In this document: piece after piece, positions 11,338 to 23,565 of the stretch
Layout: every line of letters begins with the position of its first letter
How positions within the stretch are numbered: position 1 is the first letter of the stretch
Source: Chiloscyllium plagiosum
Lineage: Eukaryota
Direction of reading: 5' to 3'
Length of the DNA stretch: 64,000 nt
NCBI RefSeq assembly: GCF_004010195.1
Contig: NC_057757.1
Coordinates: forward strand, 5,129,464 to 5,193,463
The notes under the pieces: generated by a model
Told to the model about the DNA's origin: nothing
Seen by the model: the letters and a program-made list of their open reading frames with translations, nothing else
Database searches by the model: none
Position numbers and translations under genes: made by a program

Positions 11338-13111
11338 AGTTCATATTACCTGCTGGACTCCTCTGATTGGCGAGTCATCTGGTATTTAGAAAAATAAATT
11401 CTATCTGTTCTGATGAATCCTTTTTGATATTTGTCAAGGGCTGATAATTGATGTCATTGTGAATGCTTGCCTGGATTTCAAAAGCTACTTGTTCAGCTTT
11501 GTGAGGATGTGTGGGGTTGATATTATTTTGGTTGTTAGTTTAAAGTGACTATTAAAGGATTATCTGCCCCCGATGTGGATTTTAAACAGAATTTTATTTT
11601 TATAACTCATCGAATATTTCATGGGATTTTAAATCTTTAGATAGGTTTTGTGAATGGAAGATTCTTTTCAATATCATACGCGTGTGAGAAATAGCTGCCT
11701 TAAGTTGTCAGAAGTTTATTTTTTTTCATCTCCACGAAGCCCCTGAAGTTCATCCATTGCGAATACAGAATAAGTGGCTATGAAATTGGCATGGGAGTTT
11801 GAGTTGGTAAGAAGACTGGCATGGGGAATGGGGGGAGTGCCCAAGGACTGTTAGTGGTTCTCAGTCAGGCCATTGTTTATTACCAATAGTGATGGTACGC
11901 CACCATCTTGAACCACTGCAGTCTGTGTGGTGATGGATGCGCCCACAATGCTGTTAGGGATAAAGTTCCAGGGTTTCGCCCCAGAGACACTGATGGAACA
12001 GTAATATATTTCCAGGTCAGGGATGGTGTTTCTATGCGTCTGTTGCTCAGAGGGCACAGCTTTGGAAGGTGCTGCCAAAGTCTTGGTGAGTTGCTACGGT
12101 GCACTTTATCGATGGTGCATACTGCTGCCACTGTGTGACACAGAGCCATCAGACCCTTCGGTCCAACTAGACTACCCCAACCAAGTTCCCAAACTAAAGT
12201 AGTCCCATTTGCCTGCTCCTGGCCCGGATCCCACCAAACCTTTCCAATTTGTGTACTTATCCAAATGTCTTTTAAACATTGTAACTGTGTCAGCGGTAAA
12301 GGCAGTGAATGTCCAAAATGGTAGATGGGATGTCAATCTAGTGAACTGCTTTGACTTGGATGGTGTCAAACTTCTTGAGTGTTGTTGGAGCTGGACCCAT
12401 CCAGGCAAGTGGGGAATATTCCATCACACACTTGTGAATTGTGGACTGGCTTTGGGAGACAGGAGGTGATTTACTCACCACAGGATTCCCCATTGATCTG
12501 CTCTGGTAGCTGCGGTGTTTATCCAGTTCAGTTTCAGTTTCTGGTCAATTTAATGATATACTTGCATTGTCCTACACAGCAAAGGGTTGGTTCCTGGGAT
12601 CAGGGAGAGTCGTCCTATAAGAGGAATTGACATTCTCCGGAGTTCAGAAGCGTGAGAGGTGTCTTAAGTGAAATGTACAAGATCCTGTCAAGGTTGACAG
12701 AGGCTGTCTGTGGAAACTAGAACACGGGGCTGCAATCTCAGGATAATGGGTTGATCATTTGGGACAGGGATGAGGAGAAATTTCTTTATTTAGAGGTTAT
12801 AAATTGTTGGAATTGTCTACACCAGAGGATTGCGGATAGTCCATTGTGGTAACTATGTAAGCCTGAGATAGACAGACCTCTCAGGGGATCTTGGGATATG
12901 TGGGAAGTGGGAAGACATAGCTGAGGCAGAAGATCAGTCATGATGGCATTCACTGGGGGAGCAGGATCAATGGGCTGAATGATTTACATCTGATCCAATA
13001 ACTTATGTTCCTGCACAGACCAGGACCATACCTCAGATCAAAGCAACTTCAAAGCTCATTCTTTCTGAACTGCATTTTGTTTTGTCACTGAAACAGAAAT
13101 CATTTATTTAC

Positions 13112-13291
13112 CTTTAGGATGATAAAGAACGTCAACATCTCCAGAGATGAAAGTCTCATGTGGGTCCATTGAAGCCAATTGGCATTATAGGTCGGGGCAG
13201 GAGGCTGCCTGGTGCTGTTCTCCAGCATCTGCTCATCGGAACCCCAGGTACGATTGTCAAAGAATGTTTCCAAATGTTCCTTCATCGAGAG
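13112..13291 (-). CDS. clcnk: ClC-K coding exon 11 (180 nt; LSMKEHLETFFDNRTW...FFIILK; extracellular L-M loop with N-X-S/T sites)
   Basis: ctcacag acceptor, AAG|gtaaat donor; LSMK.HL..FDN.W ClC-K motif. Confidence 0.95.
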
Positions 13292-13622
13292 CTGTGAGAA
13301 AAGGACTTGTGCTCAAAATAGAGAGATTACTTCAGCATTGACCAATGAATCTGCTTTCTATCCATACTGTGGTAAAGATCAGATGGTGGGCATCCTTCCA
13401 ATCACCTTTAATTCTGACATGCCCCTTTATAATGAAAGGTGTCTCTGTAAACTTGTCAGATTGTCATCACATCTCACCAACCTATCCATTGGAGGTGCTG
13501 CTGCATCGCTACTGACTAGAGTGTGTAAACAGAGCATCGTAGGATGGCACAGTGGCTCAGGGGTTAGCATGGCTGCCTCACAGTGCCAGGGAACCAAGTT
13601 CGATTCCAGCCTCAGGTGACTG

Positions 13623-14233
13623 AGTACAGGAGTCGGGAGGTCATGTTGCAGCTGTACAGGACATTGGTTAGGCCACTGTTGGAATATTGTGTGCAATTCT
13701 GGTCTCCTTCCTATCGGAAAGGTGTTGTGAAACTTGAAAGGGTTCAGAAAAGATTTACAAGGATGTTGCCAAGGTTGGAGGATCTGAGCTATAGGGAGAG
13801 GCTGAACAGGCTGGGGCTGTTTTCCCTAGAGTGTCAGAGGCTGATGGGTGACCTTATAGAGGTTTACAAAATTATGAGGGGCATGGATAGGATAAATAGA
13901 CAAAGCTTTTTCCCTGGGATCGGGGAGTCCAGAACTAGAGGGCATAGGTTTAGCGTGAGAGGGGAAAGATATAAAAGAGACCTAAGGGGAAACTTTTTCA
14001 CGCAGAGGGTGGTATGTGTATGGAATGAGCTGCCAGAGGATGTGGTGGAGGCTGGTACAATAGCAACATTTAAGAGGCATTTGGATAGGTATATGAATAG
14101 GAAGGGTTTGGAGGGATATGGGCTGGGTGCTGGCAGGTGGGACTAGTTTGGATTGGGATATCTGGTCGGCATGGACGGGTTGGACCGAAGGGTCTGTTTC
14201 CATGCTGTATATCTCTATGATTGTATGACTCTA
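13623..14233 (+). mobile_element. CR1 LINE 3' fragment (ORF2 C-terminus plus 3' UTR and (ctatga)-like tail) inserted in a SINE
   Basis: [19 protein letters not shown]...LERVQKRFTR...RGDL/MGDLIEVYKI; TSD tgactg (13617-13622 / 14234-14239). Confidence 0.92.
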
Positions 14234-15374
14234 TGACTGTCTGTGTGGTGTTTGCACACTCTCTCCGTGTTTGTGTGGGTTTCTTCTGGGTGCTGTGTTT
14301 TCCTCCCACAGTCCAAAGATGTGCAGGTTAGGGTGGATTGGCCGTGCTAAATTGCCCCATAGTGTGCAGGAATGTGCAGGCTAGAGGGGTTAGCCATGGG
14401 AAACGCAGGGTTACAGGAATAGGATGGGATGCTCTTTGGAGGGTCAGTGTGGACTCAATGGGCCGAATGACCAGCTTCCACACCGTGGTGATTCTGTGAT
14501 AAGCTTTCCCATTGTAAAGAGCAATGTAGAAATTTGTAATGGGAGGACAGGAAGCCTGATAATAGAATAAGAAACAAGTTGTGTATGCCTGCCCTTGTCC
14601 AATTATGCACCACCCTCTCGGTTCTCTTCACTTGGAGTCTGGGATGCTTTCCCCAGACCATCTCCTCCTCCATGAACCACCACGAAAAGGCAATTTCAGC
14701 AAATTGACAAGAACAATGGCAAGGATATTTCAGTCTGTAATTCCTCCCACATAGTGTTACAGCAGAACTACAAGTCTGTCATTAAAGATTTGATTAAAAT
14801 AATCACATTGCAAATCTCAAAAGTGTACATAATTTTTTAAAAAATTAACCAAGGAAGAAATTGTGCAATTCCCTTGTTGGTTGTATATTATTTGGATAAC
14901 ACCAGTTTCTATGTTGCATTCATAATGGTCTTAAGGCCACCTGGCCCCTCATTTAGCACTTGTGTGACCAGGAATTGTTAGTAGTTGGCTCGAATCCCGG
15001 AGGCTGTACCTGGTTTCTGACCCCAGAAGATCTGCCTCTCCCTACCTCAAAATCTAAAACGCCATCAACTAATAAAACCATCCAGAAAAGTACTGATCAC
15101 AAAATCTCTTTTAGATGCTCCTGTGACTCCTGCCCCAAGCTTGCTCAAGGAGGTTACGGTTTAATTTCTGAATATGGCAGAGCAAGCAGAGACGGTTTGT
15201 GATCCTGTGCGTCTCTAGCATCAGTGAGGTGCAAGGATTGAGAGAAACTGGTCATGGGACAGATTCAGGTGTAAGCTTGCACTGAATCATTATGATGTCT
15301 GGTTTCGGATTTAACCAATGCTTCTGTCTGTCACTGGATTTTCGTTCTAAAATCTAGCAGCACTAAGATCTAAC

Positions 15375-15900
15375 AGCATCGAATATAAAAGTTGGCCAAT
15401 TAATTTATAGCTGTACAAAACTTTAGTTAGGCCACATTTGAGATATTGCAGTTCTGGTCGCCACCGTACCAGAAGGAGGTGAAGGCTTTGGAGAAGGCTC
15501 TGGCAGAGAAGGTTTACCAGGATGTTGCCTGGTCTGGAGGAGTTTAGTTACGTGGAGAGGTTGGATAAACTCAGATTGTTTTCACGGGAAAGGAGGAGGC
15601 TGATGGGAGACCTGATAGAGGTTTACAAAATTACCAGAGGTATGGATAGGATGGATAGTCAGAGGCTTTTTTTCCCCAGGGTGGAGAGCTCAACTGCAAG
15701 AGAACACAGGTTCAAGGTGAAAGTTTAGGGGGGAAATGGGAGGACAGTTTTCACACAGAGGGTGATGGGTGCCTGGAACACACTGCCAGTGGAGGCGGTG
15801 GAAGGAGGTATGTTGGCAACGTTTAAGGCATATCTTAATAGACACATGAACAGGAAGCAAACAGAGGAATAGAAACTGTGCGGGGCAATACATAGAAGGT
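15375..15900 (+). mobile_element. Degenerate CR1 3' fragment
   Basis: MLPGLEEFSY.ERLDKL.LFS...GDLIEVYK. Confidence 0.8.
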
Positions 15901-15943
15901 TTAAATTGCACTGTATTGCATTGAAAGAAAGTTCATTGCTTAC

Positions 15944-16028
15944 CCTCGAACCGATGTACTGGCCCACTCCATGGGGAAAAGTTACACTTGCCAATACAAG
16001 AGCCACAAATCCAGCGAATAGAATCTTA
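15944..16028 (-). CDS. clcnk: ClC-K coding exon 10 (85 nt; KILFAGFVALVLASVTFPHGVGQYIGSR)
   Basis: ttccgcag acceptor, AGG|gtaagc donor; LVLASVTFP motif. Confidence 0.95.
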
Positions 16029-16109
16029 CTGCGGAAACAAAAATACTGTTTTCTTTCTCAATATAAGACATAAAGTGAATGCAACAAAAATTCACCCAAC
16101 TAATTCCTG

Positions 16110-16740
16110 GAAAACAGGATTGTCCTACAGGGAACAGCTGAGGAAGTTAAGCCTGTATCCTCTGTATTATGGAAGAATGAGAGGTGATCACAAAACCCTC
16201 AGACGTTTAACGTGACAAATGCAGGAAGGATGTTTCCCCCTGTTTGGTGGGGGATCCAAGCAGCCAGAGACACAGTCTCAGAATCAAGGGCAGGCAATTT
16301 CAGAGTGAGATGAAGAGGAGTTGTCTTCTTAGACTGGAAAGGCTGGAACCTTTTCCACTGGAGTGTCGGAGGCTGAGGGGTGACCTTCTAGAGGTTTCTA
16401 AAATCATGAGGGGTACGGATAAGCTGAATGACAAGCTACGTTTTTCCAGGGTGGAGGTGTTCAAAACTATGGGGCATATATTTAAGGTGAGAGGAGAAGG
16501 AGGGAAAAAGGACATGAGGAGTTAGCTTTTTAACACAGAGAGCGGTACCCTTGTGGAATGAACTGCCAGAGGAAGCGATGGACAGTTACAATCTTTACAA
16601 GACATTCGGATAAGTTCATGAGTAGGAAAGGTTTGCAGGAATATGGGCCACACATAGGCAGGTAGGACTGGTTTAGTTTGGGAACATGGTTAGCATGGTT
16701 GGACCGAAGGGTCTGTTTCCATGCTTTCATGACTCTAGGA
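16110..16740 (+). mobile_element. Degenerate CR1 3' fragments (two nested subfamilies)
   Basis: RLRGDLLEVSKIMRG and CR1 3' UTR. Confidence 0.75.
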
Positions 16741-17760
16741 CTCAGATAGTGGAGAATCTTTGGAATTCTTTACTCCAGAGAGATGTGGAGTTCAGTTACT
16801 GAATACGTTCGAGACTGAAATCAATAGATATTTACATATTAAAAGACCAGGAGATATAGGCCATTCAGCCCATCATCTGTTCCAGCTTTCAATCATGGCT
16901 GACATGTTTCTCAACTCAATTCTCCTGCCTTCACCCCATAACCCTTGACTCCCCTTACCAATCAAGAACCTATCAAACCTGAAAGCATCAAGGATATGGG
17001 ATAAACCAGTGTTAAAGTAGGAGATCTGACATGATATCATTGAATGGCAGAGTGGGCTTGGATGGGCTGAGTAGCCTCCTCTTCTTCCCATTTCTCATGC
17101 ATTCACTCAGCCCCTTGAACCCACTCCACCACTCAATAAGATTTGGGTCTGATCTTTCACCACATCTCCGCCATCTCATCTGCTCTCTGCATCCCTTCAT
17201 CACCTTGGCATCCAAAATCTATCGACTTTACCCTTGAATCAACTCATCGGCCCAGCTCTCTGAGATAGGGGATCCCAAAAATTTGCAATGCTCCAAGATA
17301 GTCATCCTTTGGGATGGACGTGAGTGCGGTTGAGAGAGTGCAGGGTAGACTTAGCAGGCAGGATTCAGAAATTTTAACTACAGGTTAGAAAAGGTAGAGT
17401 CATTTACCTTGGGATGAAGGAGCAATTCAGTTGAGGGGACAAGGTTATGATAGGCTTAGGTCAGATGGAAAGGAAAAGTTGTTTCCATTGGTTGATAGTT
17501 CAAGGACTCAGGTGAGCATAGAGTTAAGGTTTCACATTTCTGATGGACATGCTTCTATGTAGCAAACACAAATGAACTTGAGTTTGCTGGCCATGAAAGG
17601 TGTGGAAGTGGAGAAGTGAATGATTTCAAAGGAACCTGGGTGGATATATGAAGAAATAAACTTACAGGACCAGACGGATACAGCTAATGACTGGTCTGGT
17701 CCTACAGAGAGCCAAATGTGAAATTGACAAAGAGCTTTGAAATTCCTTTGGGTTACCTAC

Positions 17761-17862
17761 TTGTCAGCCATGAACCTGGAGATCTTTTTGTGGTTGGTCA
17801 TAAATATGGTGAGGTTCCGGTGGCAAAACAGGTAGACACAGCACAGACATCCGCAGACGACC
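17761..17862 (-). CDS. clcnk: ClC-K coding exon 9 (102 nt; VVCGCLCCVYLFCHRNLT...FMAD)
   Basis: cccatag acceptor, AA|gtaggt donor; YLFC.R resembles ClC-K helix J. Confidence 0.94.
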
Positions 17863-18778
17863 CTATGGGAAAGGTCCAGAGTAGGAGGTGATTCACAGCA
17901 TTGACATTTCAGCTTTGTTTTATCTGCAGCAATTTTGTCACCAAAACTTCACTGCTGCACTCCATGGAAAAAAAAATGACAACTCCATACGTATTTATTG
18001 CCCATACCAGACAGCAGTCAAGAGTCAACGAAAATGCTGGGATCTGCGTTATGGTGGCTCAGTGGTTGACACTGCTGCCTTATGGCACCAGGGACCCAGG
18101 TTCGATTCCACCCTCAGGCGACTGTCTGTGTGGAGTTTGCACGTTCTCCCTGTCTCTGTATGGGTTTCCGCCCACAGCCCAAAGATGTGCAGGTTTGGGT
18201 GAATTAGCCGTGGTAAATTGCCCCATAGTGTGCAGGTTAGGTGGATTAGCTGTGGAAAATGCAGGGTTATGGGGATGGGGGTGGGTCTGGGTGGGATGCA
18301 GTTTGGAGGTTTGGTATGGGCTCGATGGGCCGACTGACCTGCTTCCACACTGTGGGGATTCTCTGAGATCCCAGCAATGTGGTTGACTCAACTGCATTCT
18401 GGGATGGGCAATAAATACCACTCTAGCCAGCAGCATCACCCTCATCCCAGGCAAGAACAGAAAAGAAAACTTTCCCAAGTCTACACATGAAGACAGAATA
18501 TCTGTTTCTTTGGCTCATATTTCCCGGAACAGATTGTTAGCCTGAGGCTCAAGCCTGAGACTAGAAGATTGTCCCACTCTTATCGCCTGCCAGAAGCATT
18601 TTGGAAAGATTAATGGGTTCATAATCGACTTGTTTGGCCGTCCTATGGTCACACCTTCCTTGGCCGCCTACCCCTGGAGTGCAACACGAACCTGGAGCCT
18701 CAAACAGGCAGGGACGTTCCCCTAATGCCTCAAGACTACCCCCTTTCTCTGGGAAGAGTGAAACTTTTTCAAACTTAC

Positions 18779-18863
18779 CCAAGAATGGCGAAGGAAAGGA
18801 ATTCTGGCAGGTCAAAGGGGAATTCCACCTTCCAGTTGGTCGTGAAGAGCACAGCCACCGTTT
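18779..18863 (-). CDS. clcnk: ClC-K coding exon 8 (85 nt; ETVAVLFTTNWKVEFPFDLPEFLSFAILG)
   Basis: PFDLPE motif; ccctcag acceptor, GG|gtaagt donor. Confidence 0.96.
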
Positions 18864-19933
18864 CTGAGGGAACAGGAAGGTCCGGTTGACTGAACTCCAC
18901 TCAAACTGTCTTCCCAGTCTATTGTCAGAAGGAAAACTCGGGACCAGAGCTGGGCACATTATACATAATTCAGCTTCGAGGGTGACACTATTAAGCATCC
19001 ATTGCAACCTTCACTACCTGGAGGGACAGGAGCAGCAGGCACCTGGGAAACCCTAATCCCAGCCCAAAGTCCCCTCATAACCATACACACCATCCTGAGG
19101 TGGAAACAGACCACCATTCTTTCACCTTCACGGAGTAAAAATCCCACATCTGCCTGCCTCAGCAAAATGACTGACTCCAAAATGACCCAGTGAGTCACTC
19201 AGTTCAAAGGCAATGAGGGAGATGAACAACAGATTCTGGCCTTGCCAGAGATGTGCACACATCCCATGAAAGAATGGACTAGAAGGAAACTGTATGTGTG
19301 TATTTACACCTCAAGGGCTGTTAAGATTCAAGAAAGCTGCTCACCACCACCTTCTCAGGGGATTTGTCCCCATGAATAAGAGCAATTGAAGTCAGATTTA
19401 AAGATTTACCCCATAGCTTGGGCGGCACAGTGGTTCAGTGGTTAACACTGCTGCCTCACAGTTAACAGGGATCCGAGTTCGATTCCACCCTCGGACAGCT
19501 GCCCGTATGGAGTTTGCACATTCTCCCCACGTCTGCGCAAGTTTCCTCCCACAGTCTAAAGATGTGTAGGTTAGGGTGGGTTGACCATGCCAAATTAACC
19601 ATACTGCCCAGGGATGTGCAGGTCAGGGTGGATTGGCCGTATTGAATTGTCCCATAGTGCCCAGGGATGTGCAGGTCAGGGTGGATTGGCCGTATTGAAT
19701 TGTCCCATAGCGTCCAGGGATGTGCAGGTTAGGGTGGATTGGCTGTGCTAAATTGCCCATAGTGCCCAGGGATGTGCAGGCTAGGGTGGGTTAGCCATTG
19801 GAAACGCAGCGTTACAGGGATTGGCGAGGATGCTGTTCAAAGTGTCAGCGTGGACTTTGCCACCTGGTAACAAGCAGCCGTGTTTCTTGCTTTGCACCCG
19901 AAGCCTAGACATTCAGTAACTCCAGAGCAGTAC

Positions 19934-20059
19934 CGTGTTCGTTGTTTACCACAGCCAGCACCCGGAACATCAGAGCAGCACAGGTCGCAGCAAAGAACCC
20001 TCGCCAGTAATTCCGTACGGCAAAGTGAGTGGCTGTTGTCTCCACGCTGAACAGGACTC
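19934..20059 (-). CDS. clcnk: ClC-K coding exon 7 (126 nt; [27 protein letters not shown]...)
   Basis: GVLFS.E and [10 protein letters not shown] motifs; cccccag acceptor, G|gtact donor. Confidence 0.97.
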
Positions 20060-21859
20060 CTGGGGGAGGGAGAGAAGGGCAAAAACATTGTGTCTGTCAC
20101 TGGAACAATTGGAACAATTCTACAGCTAATAATGGGACACAACACACCTCTTAACAGAGGCATCTCTCTCTCTTTCTCACTTACAGTGCCTGAGAATAGC
20201 GTGTTTTTTTCTTACCAGTGAGCATGGCCCAGCGGATAGCTCTTTGATGCCTGAATGCTGCTGCAAACAAGGGTCAGTGAAAACACTCGGTAGCTTAAAA
20301 TGTTTCCGTTCTTCTGCAGCCTCCCCGTGAGTCCTCTACACCCTGCTCAGTGGCTAAAGCCCAAAAGCACACCCCACACTTCATCTCGTCAATTTTCAGA
20401 TGTTCTCCGCTGTGTGAATTCTGGGGAATTACAATGGATCATGCTGGGAGAAGGTTTGGAAAGTACTCCCCTGACCCCACACATGCTTATATAAACTCCT
20501 CTTCATCGGTACTCCTTGTGGTAACACTCTCTGGCAGGAGACGTATCTCCTGATTCCCATTCTTATACTGAATGGCCTCTAGTTCTGCTCTTCCCCTCAA
20601 AGGAAATTCTCTCTCTACATCCACGCTGTGGAAACCTTTCATCATTTTCACGACCAATGTGAACCTTATCTTTTTGGGAGAAAAGAGACCCAGTCTGATC
20701 ACCCTTTCCTGAAAGGATCTACGTTTGATTCCAGACTCTACTCTCTGAAATGGCAAATATAATGAGTAATGCTGATGGTGAGGAAGTAACATTTCTTGAC
20801 CATTATCCTACATGCAGGAGTATGGCTTCACAAGAAGAGTCATATTGGACCGAAACCTGAATTCAGTTTCTCTCCCTCTCCGCAGCCTTCTGATGGTGCC
20901 AGACCTGCTGAGTTTCTCCAGAACATGTTTCTGATATTCTGGTTTTGGTCTTCACCAGGACTTTTGTCCATTAGGCCCCAACCCAATCACTGATGATACA
21001 GTCTGGCTATCAGAATATCACAAGTCATTCAGTTCAGTTATAGACAGTTCATAGAATCCCCTACAGTGTGGAAGCAAGCCATTCAGCCCATCAAGTCCAC
21101 ACCGAACCTCTGAAAAGAAACCCTCCCAGACCCAATGTCATATCCCTGTATTTCCCATGGTTAATCTAGCGAGCCTGCACTAAGGACAATTTAGCACAGT
21201 CAATCCACCTGACCTGCACATCTTTGGACTTTGGGAGCACCCGGACGAAACCCACGCAGACACAGGGAGAATGTACAAACTCCACAAAGACAGTCGCCCA
21301 AGGCAGCAACGCTAACCACTGAGCCACCATGCAACTAGGGATGGGCAACACGTACTGACCTTGCCATTGATGCCCATCCTATTTTGAACGTTGCCCTATG
21401 CCTTGATTTTCTTTTGCTAATACGGCATTGAGAACCGGCTGCAGTTCCTCTGCATCTGTTCAGCACAACTTCTTTGTTTCATCAATTCTATCTCCAAGAT
21501 TGGCTTTGCTTCTCAACAGTCTAACTAACCTGGGTCACAGCTTGTAATGGCTTGTACTTTGTGCTTGTAAGTGCTATTTCTCTTTATTTTCCACATAATA
21601 TGTCAGCCCCTTATTTTGTATGTGTGGTTGACTTTTCGAAATATGAATCAGGAGCAGGATTAGGCCACTTGGTCTCTGCCATTCAATAAGATCGCGGTTG
21701 ATCTGATTCCCACCGACTTCCAATAATCTTTCACCCCCTTATTTACCAAGAATCTATCCAGCTTATCCTTAAAAATATTCAAAGACCCTGCTGCCAATGC
21801 CTCTTGAGGAAGTCAAGTCGCCATAGAGTCTTATCGGACCACAGGACCGATAAGTCATT

Positions 21860-22620
21860 CAGTTGTACCTGTCAGGCAGGGAGGAAAGGGTCGTGTGAGG
21901 GAGCCGTGGTTTAATAAGGAATTGGAATCCCTTGTTAAAGGGAAGAGGGCGGCCTATGTAAAGATGAGGTGTGAAGGTTCAATTGGGGCGATTGAGAGTT
22001 ATAAGGTAGCCAGGAAGGATCTGAAGAGAGAGCTAAGAGCAGCAAGGAGGGGACATGAAAAGTCCTTAGTTGGTAGGATTAGGGAAAACCCAAAGGCTTT
22101 CTATAGGTATGTCAGGAATAAAAGAATGACTAGGGTAGGAATAGGTCCAGTCAAGGATAGTAGTGGGAAGTTGCGTGTGGAGGCTGAAGAGATTGGGGAG
22201 ACACTGAATGAATACTTTTCATCAGTATTCACTCAGGAACAGGACATTGTTGCCGATGTGAATACTGAGTCACAATTAATTAGAATGGACGGCTTTGAGG
22301 TATGTAGGGAAGAGGTTTTGGAAATTCTGGAAAGGGTGAAAATAGGTAAGTCCCCTGGGCCTGATGGCATTTATCCTAGGATTCTCTGGGAAGCAAGGGA
22401 GGAGATTGCAGAGCCATTGGCCTTGATTTTTATGTCCTCGTTGAAAATAGGCTGGTACAATTGCAACATTTTAAGAGGCATTTGGATGGTATATGAATAG
22501 GAAGGGTTTGGCGGGATATGGGCCAGGTGCTGGCAGGTGGGTTGGGCTATCTGGTCAGCGTGGATGGGTTGGACCGAAGGGTCTGTTTCCATGTTGTACA
22601 TCTCTATGACTCTATGACTT
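21860..22620 (+). mobile_element. CR1 LINE fragment: ORF2 linker region fused to the 3' end (internal deletion near 22443)
   Basis: IRENPKAFYRYV...LNEYFSSVFT...KSPGPDGIYPRIL, then jumps to the gctggtacaattgcaacatt 3' end. Confidence 0.88.
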
Positions 22621-22989
22621 TAAGAAAAAAAAGGACTGCTCTCCCATTAGAGAGAGATGGTGGTTTAACTGAGGCCCACCATGCCCTCAGGCAAGGGGAG
22701 AGGCTGAGAAGAAGAGTCCTTCACGATAACCTCAGACGGTGCGGGAATTGAACCCACGCTGTTGGCATCACATTTGAGGAGAGTCCCAAAGACTCGCAAA
22801 CATCTGTGAGAAAATAAAACTGCCTCACCTCTGCTTTAACAGCTGACCCCTTATTTTAGAGTCATACAGCAAGGAAATAGACTCTTCGGCCCAACGTGTC
22901 CATACTGACCAGGTTTCCAAAACTGAACACAGTGACCCCTAGTTCTAGAATCTTCCAGAGGTCAAAACATCCCTTCCCCTATCAAGATG

Positions 22990-23420
22990 CTTAACATAAG
23001 AAGGTAAGAGCTAGGGGCAGGAGTAGGTCATCTGGACCATTGAGCCTGTTCCACCATTCAATAAGATCATGGCTGACCTTTACATGGACTCGGCTCCACT
23101 TACCCACCCGCTCACCATAACCCTTAACTCCTTTACTGTTCAAAACTCCATCTATCTTTGCCTTAAAAACATTCAACGAGGTAGTCCCAACTGCTTCACC
23201 GGGCAGGGAATTCCACAAATTCACAATCCTTTGGGTGAAGACATTCCTCCTCAACTCAGTCCGAAATCTGCTCCCCCCCTTATTTTGAGGCTATGCCCCT
23301 TAGTTATAGTTTCACCCACCCATGGAAACAACCTCACGCTTCTATCTTGTCTATTCCAATTGGGTTGAACCAAGTCATCTCTTATTGTTCTAATTTCCAT
23401 CAAATCCAGGCCTAGCCTGT
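22990..23420 (-). mobile_element. CR1 3' fragment
   Basis: RRNVFTQRIVNLWNSLP...FKAKID. Confidence 0.8.
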
Positions 23421-23486
23421 CCATGCTTCCCTCACAGGACAATGGTTGGGAAGAATGGGAGGAAGTGAGAGAGAAAAAGTCCTTAC

Positions 23487-23565
23487 CTCCAACCGGTGCC
23501 ACAAAGCAACAGGCTACACCCACCGCTGCGCCAGCGATCAGCATTTCATATTTGCGTCCTTTATT
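23487..23565 (-). CDS. clcnk: ClC-K coding exon 6 (79 nt; NKGRKYEMLIAGAAVGVACCFVAPVG)
   Basis: GT-AG boundaries; AVGVA..F.AP CLC motif. Confidence 0.96.

Noticed and set aside
17888..18478. Recurrent ORFs such as MVAQWLALLP... and CGRKPEHPEET...
   Set aside because: Spurious translations of the SINE consensus repeated throughout the window.
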